A stretch of 64,000 bases of DNA from Bacilli bacterium (GCA_017397685.1 JAFQID010000019.1:9138-73137); one strand, 5' to 3'; shown: positions 1 through 10,425, counted from the stretch's first letter. The notes: a model not told the origin generated them from the letters alone. Numbers and translations: made by a program.

Positions 1-8
1 TTTCGCCC

Positions 9-1673
9 CTAGCTTTCTACGACGTATGGATTTGTGTACGTTCCATTACCTTCTGCGTTAACCATAGTTTCCGCTTTTAAGGAAACTGCAGGCAGCAGCC
101 CACCAGCGACGTCCATACAGCCATCAATGAGGCTGCCCGTAGAGACCACATAGAACGAACGAACCTCGCCAAGGTCAGAATACCAGACGAACGGACTAAT
201 TGTCCAAAAATAAGCACTTGTGTATAAGTAATATGTACTATTATTTGATGAACCATCACCTTGATAAAATCTTCCTCCAGCATATGCTACTTCATCTACG
301 GTTAATAATCCTATTGGTTTAGATAATTTTCCATTTCCACCCCAACTGTCTCCACTTACCGTATGTTTATCTTCTATGTCAGCACATTTATATGTTGGCT
401 GAGCATCACTTTTCGCTGTTTGTGTAGTAATGTCTACTAATCTATTCGCTGCTCCATAGAATGTTTCATCATATGATTTTGTAGTAGGATTACTCTTATC
501 TGCACAATATGGTACATTTGCTATCTGGTCTTCATAATCCTCTAGTCCACTTGATGTATACCATTCATCTATAGTTGTTTTTGCAAGACTTTCTCCTGTT
601 CCATCTTCCCATATATATTCATTATATTTTTGATCATCATAGTCTTCATTAAAATAATAATCCGTATTATTTATCTTAACCTCTGTTCCAGTAACAGGAC
701 ATGTTCCATTTGAATATTCTCCATTATATCTTAGTCTTACTGAACCATCTTCATTTGTTCTAACTATTCTCCAGCAAAAACCTCCAAATCTTACATTGTT
801 ATTTGTTACCGCTCCTCTATAGTAATATACTCTCTCTCCTGTTCCGTCTCCATTTAAATCTTCTGTTAAAGATAAGTCTGATGTATAATATAAACCTTTT
901 CCATTTGTATTAGATGAGATTTGTGAAAAGTCTATATTTGCATCACTCATTCCATTGTTATTATCTGCAAGTATTTTTTCGTATAATGTATATTTTCTAT
1001 TAAAATACAATGTACATCCAGTTGCTTCTGTTATTGGTTTAATTGTTATTGCTTTTGTATCATTATTCCATGTAACTACTTCATTATTTGTACATGTATA
1101 GCTTTCTAGTTCATAGTTTGTACTTGAATCAAGTGTATCAACTTTTTCATTATCTACATAAAGTGCGACTATATTTATATCGTTTACTATATAAATCCCT
1201 GTTACTTCAGTATATCCTTGTGGTATTATTACTTGTTCTATTGTGTTTGTTATGTATCCTGATGCTATATCAAACTCTACTTCTATGTTTGAAGATGAAG
1301 AGTTTGTTATTTTAATTGTTATATTTCTTTTATTTGATATGTTTCCACTTGGTAAGTCATTATCTTCATTATATTCTACTAATATATTAGAGTTTTCTTT
1401 ATATATTAGTTTATAAAATGATGATACTGTATTTAAAGATGTTATTTCTATGTTTACTTCTGTTTCTCCAGGTTCTACTGTTATTTTTGAAACACTTTCA
1501 TCATTAATCTTTATTCCATACATAAGTGATCCTATATACATTTCACTTGCTCTATAGTTATCTGATGAAAATATAAATGATGAGTATGTCAGTCCAAGAA
1601 GCGGACAAAGTGATAACAGTAGAATAGTTGCTAGTAAATACTTTTTAGATTTTGATTTAAAATAATATTTCAT
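9..1673 (-). CDS. secreted/surface protein of unknown function with N-terminal signal/anchor; the C-terminal ~60 aa are encoded by anomalously GC-rich DNA
   Basis: 554-aa ORF with hydrophobic N-terminus (LLATILLLSLCPLLG) and an Asn/Thr/Ser-rich body; no catalytic motif recognised. The ORF continues in frame into the ~50% GC segment at 1-220. Confidence 0.45.
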   Translation of the reverse strand: MKYYFKSKSKKYLLATILLLSLCPLLGLTYSSFIFSSDNYRASEMYIGSLMYGIKINDESVSKITVEPGETEVNIEITSLNTVSSFYKLIYKENSNILVEYNEDNDLPSGNISNKRNITIKITNSSSSNIEVEFDIASGYITNTIEQVIIPQGYTEVTGIYIVNDINIVALYVDNEKVDTLDSSTNYELESYTCTNNEVVTWNNDTKAITIKPITEATGCTLYFNRKYTLYEKILADNNNGMSDANIDFSQISSNTNGKGLYYTSDLSLTEDLNGDGTGERVYYYRGAVTNNNVRFGGFCWRIVRTNEDGSVRLRYNGEYSNGTCPVTGTEVKINNTDYYFNEDYDDQKYNEYIWEDGTGESLAKTTIDEWYTSSGLEDYEDQIANVPYCADKSNPTTKSYDETFYGAANRLVDITTQTAKSDAQPTYKCADIEDKHTVSGDSWGGNGKLSKPIGLLTVDEVAYAGGRFYQGDGSSNNSTYYLYTSAYFWTISPFVWYSDLGEVRSFYVVSTGSLIDGCMDVAGGLLPAVSLKAETMVNAEGNGTYTNPYVVES

Positions 1674-1974
1674 AGTATACCTCTTTTTATTAGTATGTAA
1701 AAAGTTATGCTTTATAAACTTTTTAATTTTATTTAAGCAATATTTTTATCTTTTTATCTTTATATTTATTATATCTCATCCCCTCCCCATCTTGTCAAGA
1801 GGCAAAATTCTGTTTGCGGAGGGAGAGTTATACTTTTTGCAGTGGTAAACTTAAAGTAGACAACTATTTTATTAATTTTTTAAATGGATATTATTATATT
1901 GAATTATTAATTGATTATTCACATTTTCTTATTTTTTTACACACAAAAACCATTATATTTGTGTGTATAATGGT

Positions 1975-3702
1975 TTATTTTTGTATTTTTTCTTTTTCTT
2001 CACTTATTAATTTTGAGTATGCTATTTTACCAACTAGTGTTGTTGGAATAGATTCTCTAAATTCGTACTGTTCTGGAAGAGAGTATCTTGCCAAATGTTT
2101 TTCACAATGTTCTCTTAGTTCTTTTTCTATTTTTGAATTAGATTCATTTGTTTTTTCTAGAACTATGAAGGCTTTAGCTACTTGGCCTTTTTTAGGATGA
2201 TCGATACCAATAACTGTGCTTGTTAATACTTTTGGATGTTCATTTAATACGTTTTCTATATATGAAGGATATAAGTTATAGCCATTTGATATTATTACTC
2301 TTTTTAGTCTTTGTTTAAAGTATACTACACCTTCTTCGTCCATTGATGCTATATCTCCTGTGTGAAGCCACACCTTTTCATCTTCATGTACTCTTAAGGT
2401 TTGCATTGTTTCTTTTAAGTTGTTTAGATATCCCATCATTACTGTTGGTCCAGATATACATAATTCTCCATCTGCGTTTATTTCAGCTTTATCATGTGTT
2501 CCGATTTTTACTATTTTAAAGTACGTATCAGGCATGGGAATGCCTATTGAGTTTTCTTTATAAAATCCTGAAGGAGTTAAGCATGTTGCGGCAGATGATT
2601 CAGTTAAACCATAACCAATTCTTACCTCAGCATCTGAGCCATGTTCTTTTAATAGGTTATCGATTGATTTTTTTGTTTCTGATGACATAAAGTCTCCACC
2701 TGATACTGCGCACTTTATGCATTCTAAGTCTTTTTTACCTAATGAGCAGTTTGTTAAGGTGTTGTATAATCCTGGTACTGCGGCGATAAAGTTTGGTTTA
2801 TGTTTTTTTATTAAATCTGGGAAATCTTTTGGTTTAAAACTTGGAATTAGTATGCATTTCATTCCCCAAGTAAGAGGTGTGTGAACACATACTCCTAAAC
2901 CGAAGCCGTGGAATATTGGTAAAATTGATAATAATGAGTGTCCAGGGCTTGCCGGATCACAAGTTAGTGCACATTGATATGCTAGTGCGTTAAAGTTTAA
3001 ATTAGATAAAAGTATACCTTTTGGATCACCAGTTGTTCCGCCACTATAAAGTATTACCGCTGGATCATTCGCACTTTTTGGGCATTCATACTTTCCATCA
3101 TAGTCGTATCCATAGTTTAAAAACTCTTTCCAGGTCATTATATCTTCTGTATGCTGTATTTTTGGTATCTTTCCTAAAAAGGCAAATTTCATAAGAAATG
3201 ATTTAATAGGTCCTAGTTCATCCGAGATAGAAGCTATTACTACTTTTTTTAAGTTTGTTTTATCTAATATATTGTGTACTTTTTCATATGTTAAATCAAG
3301 TGTAAGTAAGAATGTACTTTTTGCTTCATTTATGTAAAACTCTATTTCTTTTTCGGCTGATAGTGGATGTATCATTGATGCGACCGCTCCAATCATGTTA
3401 ACAGCGTAAAATGTAAGAATTGCTTGTGGAGAGTTTGGCATACAAATAGATACTCTATCTCCTTCTTTTACACCTTGTGCTTTTAGTGATTTTGCTACTT
3501 CTTCTATTTTATGATACATCTCTTTGTATGTACATGTTGTTTTAAAAAACTCGTATGCTATGTTGTTTGGATATTTTTGAACCGTTTGATATAGGTACGA
3601 TACCATTGATCCTTGATGATATTCTAGATTTGCTGGTACATTTTCCTTATAGTATTTTATCCAAGGTCTATCTTGTTCATTAGTTAATTTCGATTTTTTC
3701 AT
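1975..3702 (-). CDS. AMP-dependent synthetase/ligase (acyl-CoA synthetase family)
   Basis: 575 aa with AMP-binding motifs (YSGGTTGDPKG; GYGLTE; TGD...; KQRLKRVIISNG). Confidence 0.8.
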   Translation of the reverse strand: MKKSKLTNEQDRPWIKYYKENVPANLEYHQGSMVSYLYQTVQKYPNNIAYEFFKTTCTYKEMYHKIEEVAKSLKAQGVKEGDRVSICMPNSPQAILTFYAVNMIGAVASMIHPLSAEKEIEFYINEAKSTFLLTLDLTYEKVHNILDKTNLKKVVIASISDELGPIKSFLMKFAFLGKIPKIQHTEDIMTWKEFLNYGYDYDGKYECPKSANDPAVILYSGGTTGDPKGILLSNLNFNALAYQCALTCDPASPGHSLLSILPIFHGFGLGVCVHTPLTWGMKCILIPSFKPKDFPDLIKKHKPNFIAAVPGLYNTLTNCSLGKKDLECIKCAVSGGDFMSSETKKSIDNLLKEHGSDAEVRIGYGLTESSAATCLTPSGFYKENSIGIPMPDTYFKIVKIGTHDKAEINADGELCISGPTVMMGYLNNLKETMQTLRVHEDEKVWLHTGDIASMDEEGVVYFKQRLKRVIISNGYNLYPSYIENVLNEHPKVLTSTVIGIDHPKKGQVAKAFIVLEKTNESNSKIEKELREHCEKHLARYSLPEQYEFRESIPTTLVGKIAYSKLISEEKEKIQK

Positions 3703-4573
3703 TAGCTTCTCCTTCTAGTAACTCAGGATTATTAAGAATGTATTCTAGTAGTTTTACTGAGTTAGCAAAATATACCCCATCAGCTATTCTTTCATCCAAA
3801 TTTATTCCAAATTCTACTGTATCAGTTATTTTCTCTTTTCCGTTTTTATCTATAATTTTATCTTTATGTATTTCTCCAATTGTTGATAGAATTGATGACG
3901 TTCCAAAGTTAGTAATATTATGATATATAGCACCTATTTTAAGTGTTCCAAGATTAGACATTAATACTGTACTATAGTAAATATTTTCTTTTATAAATGA
4001 GTTTGGAAGCCAACCATGTTTATCTATCCATTTTATTATTCCTACAAATGGCACTCTAATTAGTTTTGGTAATTTTCCAACTATATCCACGATATTATTA
4101 GTACTTTCTTTTTTCATCATTTTATTATTTCTGATATTATTTATTTTTTCCGCGATTTTTTCACTTATTGTAAAAATATTATCATCTTTATTTATTTTTA
4201 TTAAAACCATTACTTCATCACTAAAGTCTTCTAGCGCTATTTTGGTTATAAAAGATATTATTACGTCATTTCTTTCATATACCGTTCTGTTAGCTATAAA
4301 TCTGTTTAATAAAGGCCTATTGTAAACTACTTTTGCAAAAGCTGCACAAAATGCATGAAAATATGTTATTTTTTTATCAGGGTTTTCAGCTTTTATTTTT
4401 TCTATATATTTTATTAAATTAGAAACATCTATTTTATAATTTATATAAACGTCCGAATCACATCTTCTTGGCTTTAAATCAATCATTATATTTTGTATAC
4501 CGCTTATATCTCTTACCTTTCTAGCATCTTTTCTATCTCCAAATCTTTTTTTCATTTCTACCTCACAATACAT
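3680..4573 (-). CDS. 2-oxoacid dehydrogenase E2-type acyltransferase catalytic-domain-like protein (no lipoyl domain; catalytic His replaced by Glu)
   Basis: C-terminal motif NLDERIADGVYFANSVKLLEYILNNPELL matches the E2 'DHRxxDG...P..L' block with E in place of H. Overlaps the ligase gene by 23 nt. Confidence 0.5.
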   Translation of the reverse strand: MYCEVEMKKRFGDRKDARKVRDISGIQNIMIDLKPRRCDSDVYINYKIDVSNLIKYIEKIKAENPDKKITYFHAFCAAFAKVVYNRPLLNRFIANRTVYERNDVIISFITKIALEDFSDEVMVLIKINKDDNIFTISEKIAEKINNIRNNKMMKKESTNNIVDIVGKLPKLIRVPFVGIIKWIDKHGWLPNSFIKENIYYSTVLMSNLGTLKIGAIYHNITNFGTSSILSTIGEIHKDKIIDKNGKEKITDTVEFGINLDERIADGVYFANSVKLLEYILNNPELLEGEANEKIEIN

Positions 4574-4646
4574 ATATTATTATATTTTATTATTTTAGAA
4601 TATGCAAGTTTTCTTTAAAAGCCAATTAAAAAAGGAACTGTTGTTC

Positions 4647-4862
4647 CTAGTTTTCAAATGTTTTCCATTCTGTTGTTCCACAGTCTGTACAGATTAAAGG
4701 CGCCAAAACTTTTTTACCTTTAGGCATAGGTCTTCCTGTGTCTATACCAACGCATAATATTCCAGATTCTTCATCTATGTATGCGTATCCGTATTTAGCT
4801 TTATCACAGTTTTCACAATTTTCGTCTTTCATTTTTTCCTCCTTAATATTTAGTTTTACCAA
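4647..4862 (-). CDS. small zinc-ribbon protein (2x CxxC)
   Basis: 71 aa with CENC...C and CTDCG. Confidence 0.35.
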   Translation of the reverse strand: MVKLNIKEEKMKDENCENCDKAKYGYAYIDEESGILCVGIDTGRPMPKGKKVLAPLICTDCGTTEWKTFEN

Positions 4863-4883
4863 ATATTATGAAGTTATACTTTT

Positions 4884-5837
4884 TTAAAATATTAATAAGT
4901 ATGCATAATATAGAATAAAAGTTGATATCATTATGATTCCTTCTTTTCTTGATAATACTTTATCATTTTTCGCAAAGAAATAAAGTAGTGTTACAGCAAT
5001 ATGTACAACAAATACATCAATAAGATTAAAACTTGCTGATTGAAATCCACCGAATATTAAAAGCGGAAGACCTAATACAATTCCTATATTAAATATGTTT
5101 GTTCCAATAATATTTCCAATTGCTATGTCGTATTCTCCTTTTTTAGCAGATATTACTGTCATGGTAAGTTCAGGAAGTGATGTACCTATTACTACTACTG
5201 TCATTGTTATTATTTTTGTACTAACATTAAATAGCTGTGCTATTGTTTTAGCATTATCTACTACTAGGTCACTTGCAAAAATTATTAGTATGCAGCATAT
5301 TATTGATAAAACTATAGATGTTTTCATTTTATATTTTGGATTGTTTTTTTCTAAAAACCCTTCTTTTATTTTCACTACTGATATTATGTAGAAAAGGAAT
5401 ACTGCGAAAAATACAATGAATAATAAACCATCTATTCTACTTAATATAAGCATATTAGATGTGTCTATATAGTGAGTCACTATTGAAAGAGAAAATATTG
5501 AAGTAATAAGCAAGATTATGGGTAGCTCTTTTTTTACGGTTGCTCCTTTTACTTTAATTGGAGAAACGCATGCGGCAATGCCTATTATAAGTAATATATT
5601 TACTACATTACTACCAAGTACATTTGATAGTGCTATATCACCTTGTCCCGACATTATACTATTAAATGAAATTGCAAGTTCTGGTGCGCATGTGCCAAAG
5701 GCTGCTACAGTGAGCGCTATTAACATTTTTGACATTTTAAAATGTGCTGCGATAGAACTTATCGCATCTACAAAAATATCAGATGCTTTTATTAATATAG
5801 CAAAGCCAATTAATAGTAATATTATTGCTTCTAGCAT
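4884..5837 (-). CDS. CaCA-family cation/Ca2+ antiporter (YrbG-like)
   Basis: 317-aa polytopic membrane protein with two alpha-repeat motifs (GTCAPELAIS; GTSLPELTMT). Confidence 0.8.
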   Translation of the reverse strand: MLEAIILLLIGFAILIKASDIFVDAISSIAAHFKMSKMLIALTVAAFGTCAPELAISFNSIMSGQGDIALSNVLGSNVVNILLIIGIAACVSPIKVKGATVKKELPIILLITSIFSLSIVTHYIDTSNMLILSRIDGLLFIVFFAVFLFYIISVVKIKEGFLEKNNPKYKMKTSIVLSIICCILIIFASDLVVDNAKTIAQLFNVSTKIITMTVVVIGTSLPELTMTVISAKKGEYDIAIGNIIGTNIFNIGIVLGLPLLIFGGFQSASFNLIDVFVVHIAVTLLYFFAKNDKVLSRKEGIIMISTFILYYAYLLIF

Positions 5838-5856
5838 AAGTCCTCCTTTATAAAAA

Positions 5857-6780
5857 TTATTCTTTGTTTTCTGTAAATAGTTTGTTTAAATTTTTAATTG
5901 GTAAAAGCATGTTGTTTGATTTGTTAATTGTTATTTCAAAAACATTATTATTATGTGGTAGTTCATCACCATCAATACACCATGAAGGTGGTGTTTTATC
6001 AAACTCTAATTTTATGTTATTTGTTTTTATGTATACAAAGCCTGGCAAATTACTTATATCTTTTCTTTTTAAATAATATACTGCTTTAAGTATATCTTTT
6101 TTGTTTTTTATGTTGCATAGCAAAACTTCAAATTTGTTATCATCTAGTTTAACATCATCATAAATATTATTTACTCCTCCTACTCTATTTGAGTTTGTAA
6201 TAAATATAAATGAAAATTCACTTTCTCTTTCTACACCATCTACCGTATATTTTATATTATAAGAATGCATGTTTTGTTTTAATTGTTGAATACCATATAT
6301 TACATATGCTAATCGTCCATATTTTTCTTTTAATTTTCTTGGAGTTGCATATGATATATCTACGAAAGCACCAATACATGCTACATATACAAATGGATTG
6401 TTATTAATCATACAAACATCTATATTTTTAGCAACACCATTTAGAAGCATTACTAAGTTTTTTGTTATATTGTTTGTTAAACCGTACATGTGTGCTACGT
6501 CATTTACCGATCCGAGTGGAAGATGTCCTAGTAATATTGGTTTTTTTCTTTGAATATTTCCTGATATTACTTCATTTAATGTTCCATCTCCTCCAGCACA
6601 TATAAGAAGATCTACGTCTTTTAATTTTTTTGTAATGTTTGTTGCATCTGATTTACATTTTGTATAAACTATTTCAGTTTCATATCCATAATTTTCTAGT
6701 ATTTTATATACTTTTTTTATTTCATTTTGGTTAGAAAGCTTTCCACTGTTTGGATTATAAATTACTACACATTTCTGCAT
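5857..6780 (-). CDS. diacylglycerol-kinase-catalytic-domain lipid kinase (YegS/DagK/BmrU family)
   Basis: GGDGTLNEV motif; 307 aa. Confidence 0.8.
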   Translation of the reverse strand: MQKCVVIYNPNSGKLSNQNEIKKVYKILENYGYETEIVYTKCKSDATNITKKLKDVDLLICAGGDGTLNEVISGNIQRKKPILLGHLPLGSVNDVAHMYGLTNNITKNLVMLLNGVAKNIDVCMINNNPFVYVACIGAFVDISYATPRKLKEKYGRLAYVIYGIQQLKQNMHSYNIKYTVDGVERESEFSFIFITNSNRVGGVNNIYDDVKLDDNKFEVLLCNIKNKKDILKAVYYLKRKDISNLPGFVYIKTNNIKLEFDKTPPSWCIDGDELPHNNNVFEITINKSNNMLLPIKNLNKLFTENKE

Positions 6781-6874
6781 TTTGTCCTCCTAAGATTTAT
6801 TATTACTATTATATCATTATTTTTCATCAAATAAAATATGTTAGTTTGGGAATAATAGTATTAGTAGGTGTTTT

Positions 6875-9076
6875 ATGAAAAAGAAAAAAAGTTATAAAAG
6901 AAAAAATAATTTAATAAATGAAGATATCATTTTAAAAGAAAATATCAAAAAAAAGCAGAAAAAAGAATATAAGGAAACCATTGAATCTAAAAAGAAGAAC
7001 AAAGTTTTTTGTTTTTTTAAATATTCTTTTGCTATAGTATTTCTTTTCTGCATTTTTGCTTTTTTAGGTTTTTCTTATTTTATTTATGTTAAGGCACCAG
7101 AGTTTAATAAAGATTTATTATATAAAAAAGAATCTTCTAATATTTATGATTCTAGTGGTAATTTAATAGTTACTATTGGTAGTGAAAAAAGACAACTTGT
7201 TAATTATGATATGCTTCCAGAAGTTCTTGTTGATGCGATTATTGCTACGGAGGATGCTAGATTTTTTGAGCATAATGGTCTTGATTTACCTAGATTTTTA
7301 AAAGCTAGTGCTGGTTTTATAAAAGGTGATGATGCTGGAGGAGCCTCTACTATTACTATGCAAATATCAAAAAATACTTTTACTAGTACGAAAAGTAAAG
7401 GGTTTGATGGTATTGTAAGAAAGTTTACTGATATTTATATGTCTATTTTTAAGATTGAAGAAGATTATAGTAAAAATGAGATATTAGAGTTTTATGTTAA
7501 TGCTCCATATTTAGGAGCTGGATCTTATGGTGTTATGCAGGCTTCTCAAACTTATTTTAATAAATCTATTTCTGATATTACTTTGGTTGAGGCAGCTTTT
7601 CTTGCCGGACTTTTTCAAGCGCCTGGAGAGTATGATCCTTATGTAAATCCTGATAAAGCTTATAAAAGAAAAAACGAGGTACTTAGTTTAATGTTAAGAC
7701 ATGGGTATATTAGTGAAGAAGAATACAATATTTCTAAGGAAGTTAAGATTGAAAATATTATTGTAGAAAAAAATGAGTCACTAAGTCCATATCAGGGATT
7801 TGTTGATACTGTTGTTCAAGAAGTTATTGATAGAACTGGTGATAATCCTTATGAAGTATCTATGGATATTTATTCAACTATGATTAAGGAGAAACAAGAT
7901 GTTATAAATAAGTTTTATAAGACTTATAAATTTAAAGATGGTAAAGTTCAGGTAGGTATTGGTGTTATTGATAATGATAGTGGAGCTATTATAGCGGTAG
8001 GTGCTGGACGTAATAAAGTTTCTGAAATGTCCTTTAACTATGCTACTCAAATAAAGAGACACCCTGGTAGTACTGCTAAGCCTATCTTTGATTACGGGCC
8101 TGGCATTGAATATTTGAACTGGTCTACATATACTCCTTTTGTTGATAAACCTGTAAGATATACTAATGGTGGAGTGCTTAGAAATGTTGATGGTAATTAT
8201 CAAGGTTTTTTAACACTTGAAGAGTGTTTAGTTCGTTCGAGAAACACTTGTGCTTTGCAGGCTTTTCAAAAGTTAAAGAACTCAAAAATAGATAAATTTG
8301 TAACTTCTCTTGGTATTACACCTGAATATCTTGGTAGAAATCGTTTTATTAATGAAGCTCATTCTATTGGTGGGTTTACGGGTGTTTCACCTGTTGAACT
8401 CGCTGCGGCTTATTCATCTTTTGGAAATGGTGGTTATTTTACTGAGCCTCATTCTTACGTTAAAATTGTTTATAAAAATGAGAATAAAGATATTGTTTTA
8501 AATCCTGAATATAAAAAAAATAAAGTTATGAAAGAGACGACTGCTTATTTGATTTCATATATGCTTGAAAAAGCAACAAATTATAGGATTAAAGTAAGGG
8601 GCACAGATATTGCGGCTAAAACTGGTACAAGTAGTTATGATGAAAATGCGCTTAAAAAACTTGGTTTAACAAATAGTGTAATCCAAGATTCTTGGACAGT
8701 TAGTTATAGTCCCGATTATAGCATTGCTATATGGTATGGTTATGATAATCTTAGCAAAAAATATTATAATACAACTTCACATGCAATGGTTGAAAGATTT
8801 AAAATTCAAGAAAAAATTGTTAATAAAATTATGGAGAAAAATTCTAAGTTTGTTAAACCAAGTGGAATAGTTGCTTCTAAGGTAGAGGTTGGTTCTTCTC
8901 CGGCTAAACTTCCTAGCGCTAGTACTCCTTCTTCAAAAATACAAACACATTTATTTATAAAGGGTACACAGCCTAAAACTATTTCTAATTCATATAAAGT
9001 TAAAGAAGAAACTGTAACAGATGAAAAAGAAGATAATTCTGAAATAAGTAATATTCCTAGTATATTATTTCCTTAA
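6875..9076 (+). CDS. class A penicillin-binding protein (transglycosylase/transpeptidase, PBP1A-like)
   Basis: GT51 motif ATEDARFFEHNG; transpeptidase motifs STAK, SRN, KTGT; N-terminal Lys-rich tail plus TM. Confidence 0.85.
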   Translation: MKKKKSYKRKNNLINEDIILKENIKKKQKKEYKETIESKKKNKVFCFFKYSFAIVFLFCIFAFLGFSYFIYVKAPEFNKDLLYKKESSNIYDSSGNLIVTIGSEKRQLVNYDMLPEVLVDAIIATEDARFFEHNGLDLPRFLKASAGFIKGDDAGGASTITMQISKNTFTSTKSKGFDGIVRKFTDIYMSIFKIEEDYSKNEILEFYVNAPYLGAGSYGVMQASQTYFNKSISDITLVEAAFLAGLFQAPGEYDPYVNPDKAYKRKNEVLSLMLRHGYISEEEYNISKEVKIENIIVEKNESLSPYQGFVDTVVQEVIDRTGDNPYEVSMDIYSTMIKEKQDVINKFYKTYKFKDGKVQVGIGVIDNDSGAIIAVGAGRNKVSEMSFNYATQIKRHPGSTAKPIFDYGPGIEYLNWSTYTPFVDKPVRYTNGGVLRNVDGNYQGFLTLEECLVRSRNTCALQAFQKLKNSKIDKFVTSLGITPEYLGRNRFINEAHSIGGFTGVSPVELAAAYSSFGNGGYFTEPHSYVKIVYKNENKDIVLNPEYKKNKVMKETTAYLISYMLEKATNYRIKVRGTDIAAKTGTSSYDENALKKLGLTNSVIQDSWTVSYSPDYSIAIWYGYDNLSKKYYNTTSHAMVERFKIQEKIVNKIMEKNSKFVKPSGIVASKVEVGSSPAKLPSASTPSSKIQTHLFIKGTQPKTISNSYKVKEETVTDEKEDNSEISNIPSILFP

Positions 9077-9526
9077 TTATCTTCCTCTATTTTTATTCCC
9101 ATAAACCATATAATTTCTTTTATATAAAGTATAATACATGTCTTCTTTATTTTCAGGATTTAATTCTTCGTTTTCCCAATCTATATGAAATCCACATTTT
9201 TTTGCTAGATTTAAAGAAGCTTTATTATCTTTATGTATTTTTAAGTTTACTTGTGATATACCTTCACTAAAAAGCTCGCCCACTATTTGTTCTGTTAATT
9301 TTACTGCATATCCTTTATTTCTATATTCTGGCAATATTCCTATTTGGAGTTCAGGCGTATATGATCCGCTCAAATAAAAAACTCCGATTATATTTCCATT
9401 AAGCAAGACTAAATCCATTTTGTTATCTGGCACGAAATATTTATTAAATCCTTCATCCTGTTGCATTTTTTCTATCAATTCATATTCTTCTGGTCTTATT
9501 TTTCTAAATTCAAACTTTTCTGTCAT
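9077..9526 (-). CDS. GNAT-family N-acetyltransferase
   Basis: 149 aa with an acetyl-CoA-binding-like block (RNKGYAVKL). Confidence 0.65.
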   Translation of the reverse strand: MTEKFEFRKIRPEEYELIEKMQQDEGFNKYFVPDNKMDLVLLNGNIIGVFYLSGSYTPELQIGILPEYRNKGYAVKLTEQIVGELFSEGISQVNLKIHKDNKASLNLAKKCGFHIDWENEELNPENKEDMYYTLYKRNYMVYGNKNRGR

Positions 9527-9607
9527 TTTAATCTCCTATATAGTTATTATAATGGTTTCTATATGTTTTTTTCAAGAAAAAAGGTTTTAGTTTTGCACTA
9601 AAATCTT

Positions 9608-10147
9608 TTAATTATTATTTTCATTATTAAGTATTGATGGATTAAATATGTTTTTTTCTTTAAATCTAAATAGTTTTGCAACTAATAAAGATGGAAATCT
9701 ATTTACTCTATTATTAAATTTAATAGCTAAATTATTATAGTATTTTTCAATATTATCTAGATTCTTTTCTACTTTTATATGTTCTTCTCTTATATCATTA
9801 AACAATTCATTAGCATTCATGTCTGAAGAGTTAAATGTTTTTTGAATTAAAATGTCTAGATTATGTTCAATTTCATTATTAAACAATACTTTTTCTTCTG
9901 AAGATAATTTCTTATATTCTATACTTAGCATTTCTTTAACTTTATTATATGCTGTCTCATCTTTTTGCGAATCATTTTTTAAATAATCAAGTATTGAAGG
10001 AATGCTATTCCATCTTTTGGTTAGATAAATATCCATAGAATCAAATATTTCTCTTAATTTTTTGTTTAAATTTGCAAACCTATAGTAAGATATTATTAAT
10101 AATATTATAATTAGAATCGGTATTAAATAAAGATAACATAAATTCAT
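9608..10147 (-). CDS. LemA-family membrane protein
   Basis: N-terminal TM followed by the LemA-like YRFANLNKKLREIFDSMDIYLTKRWNSIPSIL. Confidence 0.6.
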   Translation of the reverse strand: MNLCYLYLIPILIIILLIISYYRFANLNKKLREIFDSMDIYLTKRWNSIPSILDYLKNDSQKDETAYNKVKEMLSIEYKKLSSEEKVLFNNEIEHNLDILIQKTFNSSDMNANELFNDIREEHIKVEKNLDNIEKYYNNLAIKFNNRVNRFPSLLVAKLFRFKEKNIFNPSILNNENNN

Positions 10148-10282
10148 TTGTTTCCTCCTAGTTTATTTCATTATATCAAATAATTTTAACTATTTCTATA
10201 AGTTTTATTATTTTTCTATAAATTTTAAATTTGATTGATTTTGAAAATGTTTTATTATATAATATTTTTACTGGTGATTACT

Positions 10283-10356
10283 AGGGGTATAATATAATGG
10301 TAGTATCACAGTCTCCAAAACTGTTCGTTCGGGTTCGAATCCTGATACCCCTGCCA
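10283..10356 (+). tRNA. tRNA-Trp (anticodon CCA), CCA encoded
   Basis: Cloverleaf folded by hand: acceptor aggggta/tacccct, anticodon stem acagt/actgt with loop ctCCAaa, T-loop ttcgaat. Confidence 0.85.
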
Positions 10357-10360
10357 TTTT

Positions 10361-10425
10361 AGATTTGGTCGAACCAATAAGTTCGTTATGATACATAATA
10401 TTGGTACGATAGTATCAATTTTTTA
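10361..10425 (+). repeat. repeat copy A: conserved box AGATTTRGTCGAACCAAT..GTTCGTTA followed by a GNRA-loop hairpin (ttggtac-gata-gtatcaa) and a T-tract, giving a terminator-like element
   Basis: Lies immediately 3' of tRNA-Trp; near-identical copy at 10787-10847 and partial copy at 12914-12942. Confidence 0.6.

Noticed and set aside
1-230. GC-rich start of the window as possible rRNA or another structural RNA
   Set aside because: No recognisable 16S/23S/5S conserved blocks. A long ORF reads through the region in frame, so coding DNA of foreign origin is more likely, although this cannot be confirmed without the upstream sequence.
1088-1315. Numerous 60-130 aa ORFs antisense to or nested in large genes (for example 1088-1315, 5095-5391, 19247-19537, 19724-20065, 52154-52594, 62300-62938)
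   Set aside because: They are low-complexity (Leu/Phe/Ile-rich), sit fully inside well-supported genes on the opposite strand or in another frame, and lack an RBS; typical AT-rich-genome artefacts.
1780-1830. GC-rich inverted repeat (ccctcc...ggaggg) between the ligase and surface-protein genes; on the minus strand it overlaps a TTGACA-N19-TATAAT promoter-like sequence
   Set aside because: Short stem, a 19-nt spacer is suboptimal, and there is no further support; could be a weak promoter or attenuator, but the evidence is insufficient.
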